Below are positions 12,158 through 25,769 of a stretch of 64,000 bases of DNA, in pieces. Under the pieces are notes generated by a model. The model saw only the letters and a program-made list of their open reading frames with translations, was not told where the DNA came from and made no database searches. Positions within the stretch are counted from its first letter, which is position 1, and every line of letters begins with the position of its first letter. Both the position numbers and the translations under genes were made by a program. The stretch covers positions 70,494,001-70,558,000 of the forward strand of contig OX597827.1 of assembly GCA_951406725.2 (NCBI GenBank). The letters are read 5' to 3'. Origin of the DNA: Octopus vulgaris (lineage: Eukaryota).

Positions 12158-12500
12158 TCTTTTACTTGTTTCAGTCATTGGACTGTGGCCATGCTGGGGC
12201 ACTGCCTTGAAGGGTTTAATTGAACAAATCAACCCCAGTATTTTCTATTTTCAATTGGTCTCTTTTGCTGAACTGCTAAGTTATGAAGACATATTCAAGC
12301 CAACACAAAAACACTCACACACACATACACACACACTCACACATATATATATGATGGGCTTCTTTCAATTTCCATCTGCCAGATTCACTGAAAAGGCTTT
12401 AGTTGGCCCAGGGCAATATAAAAAGACACTTGCCCTATGTGCCATGCAGTGGGACTGAACCTGGAACTACATGGCTGGGACGCAAATTTCTTACCACACA
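12158..12500 (-). mobile_element. SINE family B
   Basis: Both the 3' half and the tRNA-like 5' half are present (gacacttgccc..gcagtgggactgaacctggaac..ttcttaccacacag). Confidence 0.75.
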
Positions 12501-13074
12501 GTTTTTCTGTCTACCAAAATTTCACTCACATGGTATTGGTCAGCTTGGGGACTATAGTAGAAGGTGCCATGCAGTGGGATTGAACCAAGAATCACATTCA
12601 ACAATGCCTGTAGTTAGCAATAGTGGCTTTTGATGTTGTTATTTAGCCTCAAGTCAACCCTGATTTTGTAAGACTTATGACCAAAAGCATTCCATCCGTG
12701 ACCATCTCACCTTTTTATCTAGAAGCTGAGTCTGGGATTACATTCTTCGTCTAATGTGTCCTTCTGATTGCGAGACAAGTGTTGACAGTTGCGAAGTGGG
12801 GGTGGGTGGTGTTTAAGTGGGAATTTGGTTAGTATTTCTAGCGTGTCCTTTGACCACATAGAGACGCTGTCATTGGCTGGATCGTAGTCGTAGTAGTGGT
12901 GTCAGTAGTAGGTCATGTGTACCGTGTAGAAGAGTCTGGAACAGCAATAGTACTATGTGGTGAGTGCATAAGCAGTTGCAGTAACACAGCACTAATGGTC
13001 TTAGTAGCATTACTAGTGTTAGGTTTGTGTCTACTATGGAATGTCATCGGCTGCTCAAGTAGTAGCCACGAAGA

Positions 13075-13440
13075 GAGGGAGGGAGGGACGGAAGGAGAGA
13101 GGGTGAGGAAGAGGTAGAATTTATGTGTGAGAAAAGCAGAGTGAGAAAGAGGAGAGAGTGAAATAGAACTTGCGTGTGAGGGAGGGAGGGAGGGAGAACG
13201 TTTGTATGTGAGAGAGAGAGAGGGAGGGAGGGCGAGATAGAACTTATGTGTGGGGGAAGGGAAGGAGGTAGAACTTGTGTGTGAGGGATGGAGAGAGGAA
13301 GAACTTGTGTATGTGGGAGAGGGAAGGAGAGAGAGAGAGAGAGAGGTAGAACTTATGTGTGAGGGAGGGAGGGAAAGAGATAGAACTTGAGAGGGAGAAA
13401 AAAGGAGTGAGAGAGATATAGAACTTGAGTGACAGAGAGA
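13075..13440. repeat. Purine-rich ~35-bp minisatellite
   Basis: Recurring gaggtagaactt(a/g)tgtgtgagggagggag units. Confidence 0.75.
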
Positions 13441-13695
13441 GAGAGAAGAAATCAGGGGCAAGAGAAAAAGAAAGCTTGGTAGAGAGAGTGTGTGAAAGAT
13501 AATTGTTGGTGAGGTGGGCAGGAAAGAGTGGCAGGTAGAGGAGAGAGGAAGAGGGGAGATTGTGGAGAAAGAAAGAGTAACAGGTAGTGAAAAAGGATGG
13601 AGGAGGAGAAAGAGCAATTCGGTGGAGGGGAGGGAGAGAGGGAGAAAAAGGAAAGAGAGGGGGAGAGAGAAAACTGGGTTGAAAGAGAAAGATGT

Positions 13696-13730
<35 letters not shown>

Positions 13731-14219
13731 GAAAGGGAGAGAGAGAGACAGAGAGAGAAGTAGATATACAGAAAGAAAGGATGAGAAGAAACATGAGATG
13801 GATATGTATGTATGTATGTATCTTTGTGTGTATGCATGTATGTATGTATGTATGCATGTATGTGTGTATGTATGTTTGTGTGTATGTATGTATGTATGTG
13901 TGTGTGTATGTATGTATGTATGTGTGTGTGTATATTTGTGTGTATGTATGTATGTATGTATGTATGTATGTATGGATAGATGGAGGTGTGTGTGTGTGTG
14001 TGTAGTTAGATAACTTAGAGAGGTGATGAGAAAGAAATGATAAATGTGGAGTTATTGAAAAGATGTATGTATATATGGATGTGTGGATGGATGGATGGAT
14101 GGATATGAAAAAGGGAGAGTGAGAGAGGTGAACAGGAAATGTAAGGAGAGGAAGAGAAACAAGGAAACAAGGCAAATGACAGGTGAAAAAAAAAAGGAGA
14201 TATAGTGGAAAGAAGAAAA

Positions 14220-14337
14220 TGGATTAGATAGACAGATAGAGAGAGAGAGAGAGAGAGACATATAGATAGATAGATAGACAGATAGAGAGAGAGAGAGAGA
14301 GAGACATATAGATAGATAGATAGACAGATAGAGAGAC

Positions 14338-14396
<59 letters not shown>

Positions 14397-14413
14397 CAGA
14401 TAGATAGATAGAC

Positions 14414-14460
<47 letters not shown>

Positions 14461-14465
14461 GAGAC

Positions 14466-14533
<68 letters not shown>

Positions 14534-14565
14534 ATACACACACACACACATACATATATACATAT

Positions 14566-14636
<71 letters not shown>

Positions 14637-14640
14637 AAGA
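14220..14640. repeat. (GATA)n/(GA)n/(TA)n microsatellites
   Basis: Direct inspection. Confidence 0.95.
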
Positions 14641-15051
14641 TGATGAGATAATGGAGAAGAGGAAAGAAATTGATTTAAAATAGAAAATGATGAACAAAAA
14701 AAATATAATAATTTCCTACATGTTTGTTGCACTTTTAGAGAAAGTTCTGCTTCCTTGCTCCTTAACGTCTAACAACAGACTTACATACATCCATACGCAC
14801 TTTCGCATACACACGCGCACATACACATACACACACAGACACACACATATATGTAAACATACATGCATATACACATCTGTGCATTCATTGATGCACACCC
14901 TTCTGTGCACAGCTATGCATCTTTGTGTTTGCACATACATGCATTTTTCTTAGAGTATTTTCATGCATGCGTTTTCACTGACATATTTGCTCTATACTTT
15001 GTCGCAAATATGCACAAACGCATTCATATATACATACATGCATGCATACTA

Positions 15052-15083
<32 letters not shown>

Positions 15084-15279
15084 GCAGAGATGTATACGCT
15101 TACATACAGATATATACACATATATATATATACACACATGCATTCGTCTGTATGTATGTATGTATATGGTTCTTTGTTGAATATTCCATACATTCAAACA
15201 TCTCCCTGCACACATGCACAAACATACACATACACAAACACACATAGATATACATACACATACAAGTGTACATATATCA

Positions 15280-15462
15280 CATCGCTTAACAAACGATGCT
15301 GGTGTGTTTATGTCCCCGTAACTTAGCGGTTTGGCAAAAGAGACCGATAGAATAAGTACTAGGCTTACAAAAAATAAGTCCTGGGGTCGATTTGCTCGAC
15401 TAAAGGCGGTGCTCCAACATGGCCACAGTCAAATGACCGAAACAAGTAAAAGAGTAAAGAGT
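15280..15462 (+). mobile_element. SINE family B 3' half (well-preserved copy)
   Basis: Contains gtccccgtaacttagcgg..gatagaataagtactaggcttac..ggggtcgatttgctcgactaaaggcggtgctcc..gaaacaagtaaaagag. Confidence 0.85.
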
Positions 15463-15465
15463 ATG

Positions 15466-15499
<34 letters not shown>

Positions 15500-15974
15500 T
15501 GTGCATAAGAGTACTGTCCTTGCAGATCTCTACATACATAAATATAGACCTACACACACACACACACACACACACTCTCTCTGTCTCTCTCATACACACA
15601 CAGATACATACACACATACATACACACTCACACACACACTCTCTCTCACACACACACATACATACATACATAGATAAAATGATGGAAGCAATTGCATGCA
15701 TGCACACAATACACATACACATGCACCACACAAATACACACGAACACAACTACACACACACACACATACCACATAAATACACACGAACACACACACATGC
15801 ATACATACACACATACATATATACACAAGAGGCTTCAGCACAGATGCATGCGATTGCATCCATCGTCTTGCAACCATGCTTAGATCTATCAACGCATATG
15901 AATGCGTCTCCTTATATGCTCACAACACCCAGCATTATTAAATACATTGACTACAGATGCCAGTAGACACGTGG

Positions 15975-16390
15975 GGTTTTAGAAGCTCACTTTGCAACCA
16001 AGTGATACCAAGTTCAATCCCACACGGAACACTTTGAGAAAATGTCTTCTAATATAGATTTGAGCTGAGTAATATCTTGTGAGTGAATTTAGTAGACAGA
16101 AACTATGTAGAAGCCTCTTGTGTATGTATGTATGTATGTATGTGTGTGTGTGTGTGTATTTGTGGTGTGTGTCTTGGTGTTTCTGTATGACCTTCTCCCC
16201 TACTGCTTGACAACCAATGCTGGTTTGTTTACATCCCCCATAACTTAACGGTTAAGCAAAAGAAACTAATAGATTCAGTACGAAGCTTTAAGAACAAAAA
16301 TTAGCACTGGAACCAGTTTGTTTGACAAAACTCTTGAACCCTTCAGAGGTGCTGCTCCCACATAGCAAGAGTCCCATGACCGCAGTCTAA
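15975..16390 (+). mobile_element. Diverged SINE family B, with its tail split by a Helitron
   Basis: Head and body motifs are recognisable. The aaaagataaaag tail resumes at 16744. Confidence 0.6.
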
Positions 16391-16742
16391 TCTCTCTCTA
16401 TATAAAGCTGAAGTTGTCTGTGTATGGCAGGTTTGGTAGCCTTCAACTAACACTATCTCCTCCGAGACCAAAATTGAGAGTATGATAGAAGGCTTGCTCT
16501 TCCTTCCATAGAAGAAAAAATTCAAATCGGACCATGGTAACACCAAAAATTATTTACATCAAAAAGGTGCTTTTTTTTCCATGAAAATCCCTATTTTTTA
16601 CGACGTTTTGACTGCTGTGTCGCCATTTTTCGATGTATTTCAACCAGAAAAATGTTCACTTAAAGAGAATAACTTTACTTTTCAAAAATTCCAATTCTAA
16701 AGGGTCGAAACAAACCCGAGCAACGCTGGGCGATACTGCTAG
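16391..16742 (+). mobile_element. Non-autonomous Helitron
   Basis: 5' TC (tctctctctatataaa), a 3' hairpin cccgagc-aac-gctggg (16715-16730) followed by CTAG, and insertion between host A and T with no TSD. Confidence 0.8.
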
Positions 16743-17215
16743 TAAAAGATAAAAGTCATGTATTTATAACTATGGCTATTGGTTGTGAGAAGAAGTCACA
16801 GACACTGTCTGGCCTTCCTCAAATGGTTTGACCCTAAACTACCACATCCTCCAAATGGTAAGTTGTCAGTGATGGCCACTCACTGCTTCTCTTCTCTTGG
16901 CTTGCAGCTCAACTTCCCCAATTGTTCCAGAGTCAGTATAAGACACTTGCCACAACCTCCCTCAAACCTGTGAGTAGCTGCCTTCCTCTCTCTTCCTAAC
17001 TTTTCCAGCCAGAGCTATTGACATCCTTAACACAGATTGTGCTGGGAAAACCCAGCAGCCAACTTTAACCTGGAAATAACCAGAACTGGCCAATAGTTTA
17101 CTTTACATCATTGGACTAGATCCTGGTACTTTATGGCTTTCTTCTCAGAGGCCTCTTTATAGTCATCCTCCCACAACTGTTTGGACACTCTGGGGGAAAA
17201 TGAAGTATTTATATG

Positions 17216-18087
17216 CAGGGTGTGATGTGTAAATTGTCACTTTATATTTTTAATTTCGTGCATATGCATTGTTTGTTTTTGATTTTGTTGTCTACACAGT
17301 ATAGTAGGGTCAGTTGGGCACCTGTGAGAAAAACAGCACCATGACACATTCACTCTGCCAGAAATTTGTAAACAACATGCTTGGTATTCATTCCAGAAGC
17401 TCCAATACGAACATTTCAGAGTGTTTGGGTGTCAATCTGACAGCAGTGCAGTCTGAGGACATGTACCGAGAGTGATAAAAATCACACATCCAGTCAACAT
17501 CATGGTGTTTAGAGTGATCACTAGTGATGGCAATGTTATGCCTCCATTCATCTTCCCACACAGCATCAGACTCAATACAGAGGTCTACATCAAGTGCCAG
17601 GAGGAGGTTGTGCTGCTCTGAGTGAAGAGGATGGCTGCTGGAAGACTCTATGTCTGGCAACAGAACTCAGCACCATGCCATGCAAACAGGAGAACCCAAT
17701 CATGGCTGTCAAACAATTTCTGTGACCACATCACCCCTAACATCTGGCCACCTAACTCCCCAGGCTGCAACCCTCCTGATTATTATGTGTGGGGCACAAT
17801 TCAGTGTGAACCCAACAAAACTTCTTGTAAAACCAAAGATGAACTGAAGGCAAGGATTATGGCAGCATTTACCAACTTAAACAAGGAGACCGTTCAGAAG
17901 AGTTGCAAGAGATTCTGAAGTCATCTGGAGGCTGTGGTTGAAGCCAATGGCGATTTTATTGGATAAATTTACTCTTTTAATATTTTGAGATATTTTTATG
18001 TAATTTTGGTAAATATATTTCTTAAAATGCGATGTCAGTGTTATTTTCATTTTTGCATAATTTAGATGACAGCTTATTCACCACACC

Positions 18088-18090
<3 letters not shown>
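17216..18090 (+). mobile_element. Tc1/mariner-superfamily DNA transposon (internally deleted; probably DD37D/maT-like)
   Basis: TIRs cagggtgtg.. and ..cacaccctg-TA. Transposase remnant YVWQQNSAPCH..WPPNSPGCNPPDYYVWG at 17622-17918. Confidence 0.85.
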
Positions 18091-18179
<89 letters not shown>

Positions 18180-18264
18180 ATGTATGTATGTATGTATGTA
18201 TATGTATGTATGTATGTATATATATATATGTATGTATATGTATGTATGTATGTATGTATATATA

Positions 18265-18300
<36 letters not shown>

Positions 18301-18456
18301 TGTATATATATATATATATATGTATGTATATGTATGTATGTATGTATATATGTATGTATATATATATATGTATGTATGTATATGTATGTATATATATGTG
18401 TATATATATATGTATATATATATGTGTGTATATGTATATATTTATATATATATATA

Positions 18457-18499
<43 letters not shown>

Positions 18500-18516
18500 C
18501 TGTGTGTGTATATGTG

Positions 18517-18553
<37 letters not shown>

Positions 18554-18609
18554 TTATACATATATATGTCTATGGCAATACATATGTATAAATATATTAT
18601 ATATATGTG

Positions 18610-18644
<35 letters not shown>

Positions 18645-18713
18645 GTGTGTGTGTATATGTATATATGTATGTGTGTGTATATGTATATATGTATGTGTAT
18701 ATATATATATGTG

Positions 18714-18772
<59 letters not shown>

Positions 18773-18775
18773 CTG
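18091..18775. repeat. Compound (TA)n/(TG)n/(TATG)n microsatellite
   Basis: Direct inspection. Confidence 0.95.
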
Positions 18776-19631
18776 AATATATACATGTATTTTATATAGA
18801 TTTGGTCATGTTAATATGCTGTTCATAAAAAGATGTATGTATTGATCACACCAAGTAAATTTTGTTGATTTCATTATGATGTACATTTAGTGGTGTATAG
18901 ATTTTATACATGCAATTGAATGTGTATATAAACTGTAATTTGTTTATAGATTTCAACATATATTTGGATGTTTATCTATTATATGTCCATATCATCATCA
19001 TCATCATCGTTTAATATGGGGGGTGGGGCTGCAGATGTAAAGGATTTCACTGAGATTTAGGTGGGTAGGGATTTGGTAGGAATTCATTTGTCTTTCTCTT
19101 TGTCAATTCTAGCTTTTAGCATTCTGAGTTCAAATCCCACCAATGGCAAGGGCTAATCGCTTACCATGGGGTCAAACAACTGATTACAAATCTGTTGATA
19201 GATCAAAGGTCATTGTAGCAGTCATTGTGGCCTCTGTTTGCTACTATAGCTACTAATCAATACTACATTATCTCATAGTATCTAGTACCCTTTTCGTATT
19301 CGTGAAGGTACAGTGTGAATCACGGAAGATTTAGCTGCTATTTCTAGCAGACACCTGCCTACATAGAGGCTATTTCTCTCATATTTGATGCATTCTAATG
19401 ATTCAAGAAGACTCCCTTGCTGTTTCGTGGCTGGCTTGGATCGTATATGAGTGGGTGTATATATAATGTATGTATGTCAGATACACCTCTCTCTAAGTAA
19501 CTGAGCATTTGTATGGTGTATTCAATAGTGTGTGAGTGTATATATATATATATATATTTCGTTTTTGGATTTGGTTTGCAAGATTCTTTATGTGAGATCG
19601 TGTGTTGAAGCATATTCTGTTGTGTCTGGGG

Positions 19632-19815
19632 AGAGTTATTTTCTTTTTGTGCTTTATAATTTAACACACTCACCAGTAAAATTTCCACTTATTTCTTTTT
19701 TTTTGCTTTAAAATTATTTTTATTTTTATTTTATTTTATTTATAAAAATAAGAAATAAGTGGAAATTTTACTGGTGAGAGTGTTAAATTATAAGGCACAA
19801 AAAGAAAATGACTCT
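19632..19815. repeat. Inverted repeat with ~65-bp arms inside a TA-flanked element
   Basis: 19632-19697 matches the reverse complement of 19750-19815, with an AT-rich spacer. Confidence 0.85.
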
Positions 19816-19867
19816 GTATATATATATATATGTATGTATGTATGTATTCTGTTGTGTCTGGGGAGAG

Positions 19868-19902
<35 letters not shown>

Positions 19903-19906
<4 letters not shown>

Positions 19907-19979
19907 CCTGAGCGTCCAATAATACTTTATTTGTTCCACATCCTTGCGTTGTTGTCTTTTTGTTTTCTTGTTTGGATTA

Positions 19980-19983
<4 letters not shown>
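19903..19983 (+). mobile_element. 5'-truncated family H1 copy (no ribozyme core)
   Basis: tttcctgagcgtccaataatac..tggattaact matches 10986-11070 and sits between (TA)n tracts. Confidence 0.75.
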
Positions 19984-20027
<44 letters not shown>

Positions 20028-21119
20028 ACACAGTGTGTGTGTGTGTGTGAGTATATATATATATATATATACATATATATGCGTCTGTGTACTGTATCTG
20101 TGTGTAAGTGTGCATAAGAGATAGACAGAGAGAGAGAGAGAGAGATGAACATAATTTGTGTTTTATCTATGTGCATTCCTCTGTGTAACTGTTGAATTGT
20201 GTCTGTGTGTATAGATATATACATGGATGGATGGATGGAAGGATGGATGAATGGATGGAAGGATGAATGGATGGATGGATATGTACATGTGTATGTTTGT
20301 ATTCATTGGTTTATATTGAGGTATACATTTGACATTGATTTCTGTAGAATATATTTAGCACAAAAATGAATTATATTTGGAATATACATGACGTATGTAT
20401 TGACCAATACATGGTGTAGGTGTTTATCTACACTCACATACAGAGTATATATTAAACGAATTGTGTTTAGGAATTTCATATATATCATATATATAAGTTC
20501 AGCAAAAATTTAGATTCAAATGAATATGGTACTTAATTTAGATGCACCAGAATTTTGTATGGTGTTATCCATAAAAATCCGTGGGGTGATTATAATCAAA
20601 ATAAGCAATAAGAATGACTCCGGTAATTTGGTACGATCATTTCGTACTACATCATTTTATTAAATGTTGTAAGTATTACAACAGATTTAAGATGCTGAGT
20701 ACTCATCAGCCAATTATAGAGGTTTTTCCATCAATACAAGAATTTTCAAATCAAGTGGCAACATTATGGAGAAGGTAGATATATAGACAAAGATGTGGAT
20801 TTAAATGTTAAGAACATATGAGGTAGTAGAGTCCGTCCACTGAGTGACTAAATATGTATATAAATACATACATATTTCTCTCTTGCCTTATATATATATA
20901 TATATAGCAAATAAGAAAATGGAGGAGAACAATAGTTGGTTCATCAACTTTTGGACATTAAAAATGTTAACTTATTTATTTATTAAACTGATTATTATAA
21001 TAACATACATACATATAGCATATTATTCTATGCATATAAGATAAGGATAGAAGTAATTATTAAACATGAATATATATACATATATATTTACACACATACA
21101 TATTTCTCTCTCTTTGTTT

Positions 21120-21510
21120 CTGTGATAAGAAGCTTGCTCCCCAACTACATGGTTCCAGGTTCAGTCCCATTGTATGGCACCTTGGGCAAGTGTCTTCTTC
21201 TATAGCCTCAGGCTGACCAAAGCCTTGTGACTGGATTTGGTAGATGGAAACTGAAAGAAGCCTGTCATATATATATATATGTATGTACGTATGTATGTAT
21301 GTATGTATTTGTGTGTTTGTCTTTATTCACCCACTTGAGGACTGACGTTGGTGTGCTTATGTCCCCGTAACTTAGCGGTTCAGCAAAAGAGACCTATAGA
21401 ATAAGTACTAGGCTTACAAAGAAAAAGTCCTGGGGTCAATTTGTTTGACTAAAAGGCAGTGCTCTAGCATGGCCACAGTTAAATGACTGAAACAAGTAAA
21501 AGAGAAAGAG
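21120..21510 (+). mobile_element. SINE family B, near full length
   Basis: Head aagaagcttgctcccca..ggttcagtccca..accttgggcaagtg, an internal microsatellite, and the 3' half. Confidence 0.85.
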
Positions 21511-21967
21511 AATTTCAACAACATCAACAGGGTATTTTTGTATGCATGCACGTATGTATGTACGTACGTACATATTTATGTATGTATGTATGTATGTATG
21601 TATGTGTGTATGTATGCATGTATGTATGTATGTATGTATGTATGTATGCTTATGTGCAAATTTGTATGTTTTGTTTTATGTGTGTCTTCTCGTGTATATA
21701 CTTACATATCTAGACATGTTCATATACATTTAAATAATAAACTTCTGGAAAGTTTTACAGATTTTTACAGTTCCAGTGATAGATTGGATCTGTAGTCTCC
21801 AAATCAGCTTTCTCCTTTCTGGTTTTGAGAAGCCTAATTACATATCCCAGTGCCCCATGCATGCATGCATACATGTATGTATGTATGTATGTATGTATGT
21901 ATTTATTTGTAACAAAAGAGCTATATGTAAGAATATAAGAAAAGTTCATTTATGCCACCTTGCAATC

Positions 21968-22566
21968 TTCTTATTTCTTTATTGCCCACAAGGGGCCAAA
22001 CATAGAGGGGACAAACAAGGACAGACAAAGGGATTAAGTCGATTACATCAACCCTAGTGCGTAACTGGTACTTAATGTTTTGACCCCGAAAGGATGAAAG
22101 GCAAAGTCAACCTTGGCGGAATTTGAACTCAGAATGTAGCGGCAGACGAAACACCTATTTCTTTACTACCCAAAAGGGGCTAAACACAGAGGAGATAGAC
22201 AAAGGGATTAAGTCGATTACCTCGATCCCAGTGTGTAACTGGTACTTAATTTATCGACCCCGAAAGGAAGAAAGGCAAAGTCGACCTCGGTGGAATTTGG
22301 ACTCTGAATGTATATAAAGACAGACAAAATACCTATTTCTTTACTACCCACAAGGGGCCAAACATAGAGGGGACAAACAAGGACAGACAAAGTGATTAAG
22401 TCGATTACATCAACCCCAGTGCTCAACTGGTACTTAATTTATCGACTCCGAAAGGATGAAAGGCAAAGTCGACCTCGGCAGAATTTGAACTCAGAATGTA
22501 ATAGCAGACGAAATACTGCTAAGCATTTTACCCAGTGTGTTAACGTTTCTGCCAGCTTGCCGCCTT
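21968..22566 (-). mobile_element. Three tandem SINE family A copies
   Basis: Three ~185-bp units, each with gattaagtcgattac..ggtacttaat..gaaaggcaaagtcgacctcgg..gaactcagaatgta. The last unit includes the head. Confidence 0.85.
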
Positions 22567-23279
22567 GCCACCTTCTTACCACACAGCCACCCCTGTAACT
22601 ATATTGAACAGAAAAATACCCTTGTGATAGTTTACTGACCATATGCTGCGGTGGAGTGACAATTAGTCAGAATTAGGGTTCAAGGAAAGGTCTGTTTGTC
22701 TTTTGCTTCCTCTCTCTCTCTCTCCCTCTCTCTCTCTCTCTCTTCCTATCTCTTTGTTTCTTTGTTTCTTTCCCTCTCTAAAGTCATCATTTTATGTAGA
22801 TGTTTTCTATCCTGGATTGGGTTGAACAGAGGCAGGTCTTCTCCATTGTTGAAGCATCTCACCACATGTTGCAGTGTGTTTGTCTTTTGTTTTTGCTTGG
22901 TTGTGTGTGTGTGTGTGTGTGTGTGTAGATAATGATAGATTTTTTCACTGATAATCTGAAAGTGAAAAATAATTTACAAAACTCCAATAATACACACATG
23001 CACACACACACGCATACTCTATCTTTCTCTATCTCTCTCACACAGACACACACACCCACACTCCTTTACTGACAACATGCCCTCCACACACAAACACCCA
23101 TCCACGTATACACACACACACTCTCTTTCTCTCTCTCTCTCTTTCTCTCTTTCTCTCTTTCTCACTCACACACTCTTTTGCACACACTCACACACACTCT
23201 TCCTCTCTCACACAGACATGCATACCCACAATCCTTTACTCACACATGCCCCCACACACAAACACCCACCCATGTATAC

Positions 23280-23830
23280 ACACACACACACACACATACT
23301 CTCTCTCTCCCTCACACACAGACTCTCTCTTCCTCACACACACACTCTCTCTCTCTCCCTCACACACACACTCTCTCTCTCTCTCACTCACACACACACA
23401 CTCTCTCTCTCCCTCATTCATGCTCTCTCTCTCCCTCACTCACACTCTCTCTCTCCCTCACACACACTCTCTCTCCCTCACACACGCTCTCTCTCTCTCT
23501 CTCTCCCTCACACACTCTCTCTCCCTCACACACACACTCTCTCTCCCTCACACACGCTCTCTCTCTCCCTCACACACTCTCTCTCTCCCTCACACACACC
23601 CTCTCTCTCCCTCACACACGCTCTCTCTCTCTTCTTCACTCACACTCTCTCTCTCCCTCACACATACACTCTCTCTCTCCCTCATTCATGCTCTCTCTCC
23701 CTCACACACACTCTCTCTCTCTCCCTCACACACGCTCTCTCTCCCTCACACACACTCTCTCTCTACCTCACACACACACACACTCTCTCTCTCCCTCGCT
23801 CACACACTCTCCCTACCTCACACACACACA
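23280..23830. repeat. (CT)n-ccct-(CA)n minisatellite
   Basis: Repeating ctctctctccctcacacaca. Confidence 0.9.
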
Positions 23831-24004
23831 AAACAGAGACAGTCTAATTCTCGTCAAACCATAAATTCTAATCCCACTTTTGATAATTAAATTACCATCA
23901 TTAGTTTCATTAATGGTCTAAATTGTGTCTGTCTGTGTGTCTCAAATTGAACCATATTTTAGTTCTCTTTTGCTTTTTCTCTTTTTGTTAATTTTATCTT
24001 TTAG

Positions 24005-24235
24005 CTTTTACCTTTTACTTGTGTCAATCATTAGACTGTGACCATGCTGGAGCACCACCTTGAACAATTTATTTTAGTCAAATGAATCGATTCCCCACCC
24101 CCAGTACTTAGTTTTTTTTTTAAAGCCTGGTACTTTTTCTATCGGTCTCTTTTGTTGAACCACTAAGTTACGAGAACGTAAACACACCAACATTGGTTGT
24201 CAAGCGGTGGTTGGGGACAAACACAGACACATAGA
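24005..24235 (-). mobile_element. SINE family B 3' half
   Basis: Contains ccatgctggagcaccacc..ctatcggtctctttt..ctaagttacg..gtcaagcggtggttggggacaaac. Confidence 0.75.
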
Positions 24236-24284
24236 TGCACACACACACATATATATATGTATACACACACATATATATATATAT

Positions 24285-24317
<33 letters not shown>

Positions 24318-24328
24318 TATATACATAC

Positions 24329-24396
<68 letters not shown>

Positions 24397-24401
<5 letters not shown>

Positions 24402-24592
24402 ATCCAAACAAAGAAGAACAAACAAGAAAAAACAGCAACGTGACGACATGGTACAAGTACTGTATTCTCAGACGCTCAGGAAAGGAAAGAAAGAGGATTT
24501 TACATTTCAAGCAAAGCTCTTCTTCAGAAATAGAGGAAATTCCAAAGGGAAGACGGAGGACGAAAATCACCAACGATACACGTGGTTACATT
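24397..24592 (-). mobile_element. Hammerhead short element, family H1 (motif 24497-24532)
   Basis: Minus strand attt-CTGAAGA-A-gagc-ttt-gctt-GAAA-tgta-aaat, abutting (TA)n. Confidence 0.75.
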
Positions 24593-25248
24593 TATCGATC
24601 TCCGCCATCTTTAAAGCCTGTTCCCTTAATACACTTCCGCCTTGTCCAAAAATTCCTTTCCGGTCAATTTCTTTACTTAAGGCAACAACATCTGCTCTCT
24701 CATTCATTCACCTAGCGGCTATAATCTCGAGCACAGCTAAGTTTGAATGCTTATCTTATTTTTATTTATTTTCACTTCACTTCACTTCTCGACCAATCAT
24801 ACATGTTTTCCTATCTGTTGTTATTTATCTATCTAACTATTGTATCTAATTTCTCCTCTATTAACTCTTGCCCGACCAAGTCTCGCTCTATCATCCTTTT
24901 TCAACCTTCGCGCGTATTTGTCTATCGATCTCCGCCATCTTTAAAGCCTGTTCCCTTAATACACTTCCGCCTTGTCCAAAAATTCCTTTCCGGTCAATTT
25001 CTTTACTTAAGGCAACAACATCTGCTCTCTCATTCATTCACCTAGCGGCTATAATCTCGAGCACAGCTAAGTTTGAATGCTTATCTTATTTTTATTTATT
25101 TTCACTTCACTTCACTTCTCGACCAATCATACATGTTTTCCTATCTGTTGTTATTTATCTATCTAACTATTGTATCTAATTTCTCCTCTATTAACTCTTG
25201 CCCGACCAAGTCTCGCTCTATCATCCTTTTTCAACCTTCGCGCGTATT
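24593..25248. repeat. Apparently exact 326-bp tandem duplication (period 330)
   Basis: 24593-24918 equals 24923-25248 by inspection, separated by the spacer tgtc. Confidence 0.9.
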
Positions 25249-25504
25249 CGCGGTGCACCCACCCTGCCCACCCCCACCACCAATACCGGATATCTCTATA
25301 TTTTTGCTCCATCTATACCGGATGTTGTTTCTCCCACCACCATTATAGGTGTCTACTCTTCGAATGCCCCCTCCTCAATACGCTATTTTCACCATGCATT
25401 ACCCTCTATCCTACGTTCTACTTGCCTAAGAACCTGTCATCATTCCTCTGAACCACCCCTCCCCACTGGTGCTCCCCTATATTTCTGCCCCCCCCCCACA
25501 TAAT

Positions 25505-25752
25505 AAAAAAGCACCATCCGAACGTGGCCGATGCCAGACCCCTCTGGCACCTGTGCAGGTGGCACGTAAAAAACACCCACTACACTCGCGGAGTGGTTGG
25601 CGTTAGGAAGGGCATCCAGCTGTAGAAACACTGCCAGACTAGACTGGAGCCTGGGGCAGTCCCTAGCTCCCCAGACCCCGGTCGAAACCGTCCAACCCGT
25701 GCTAGCGCGGAAAACGGACGTTAAACGATGATGATGATGATGATGATGATAT
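25505..25752 (+). mobile_element. Family C, young CpG-intact copy
   Basis: Contains ggtggcacgtaaaaaacacccactacactcgcggagtggttggcgttaggaagggc..acggacgttaaacgatgat. Confidence 0.85.
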
Positions 25753-25769
25753 ACGTGTGTGTGTGTGTG

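Noticed and set aside
12913-14175. 420-aa ORF and the many [16 protein letters not shown] ORFs across the window
   Set aside because: They are translations of microsatellites that lack stop codons and have no domain content.
20670-20715. Additional partial hammerhead-like cores (also ~31260, ~39900, ~48750-48820, ~56020, ~62342-62382)
   Set aside because: Only half of the core is present or no consistent stems could be drawn. They may be decayed members but were not counted.
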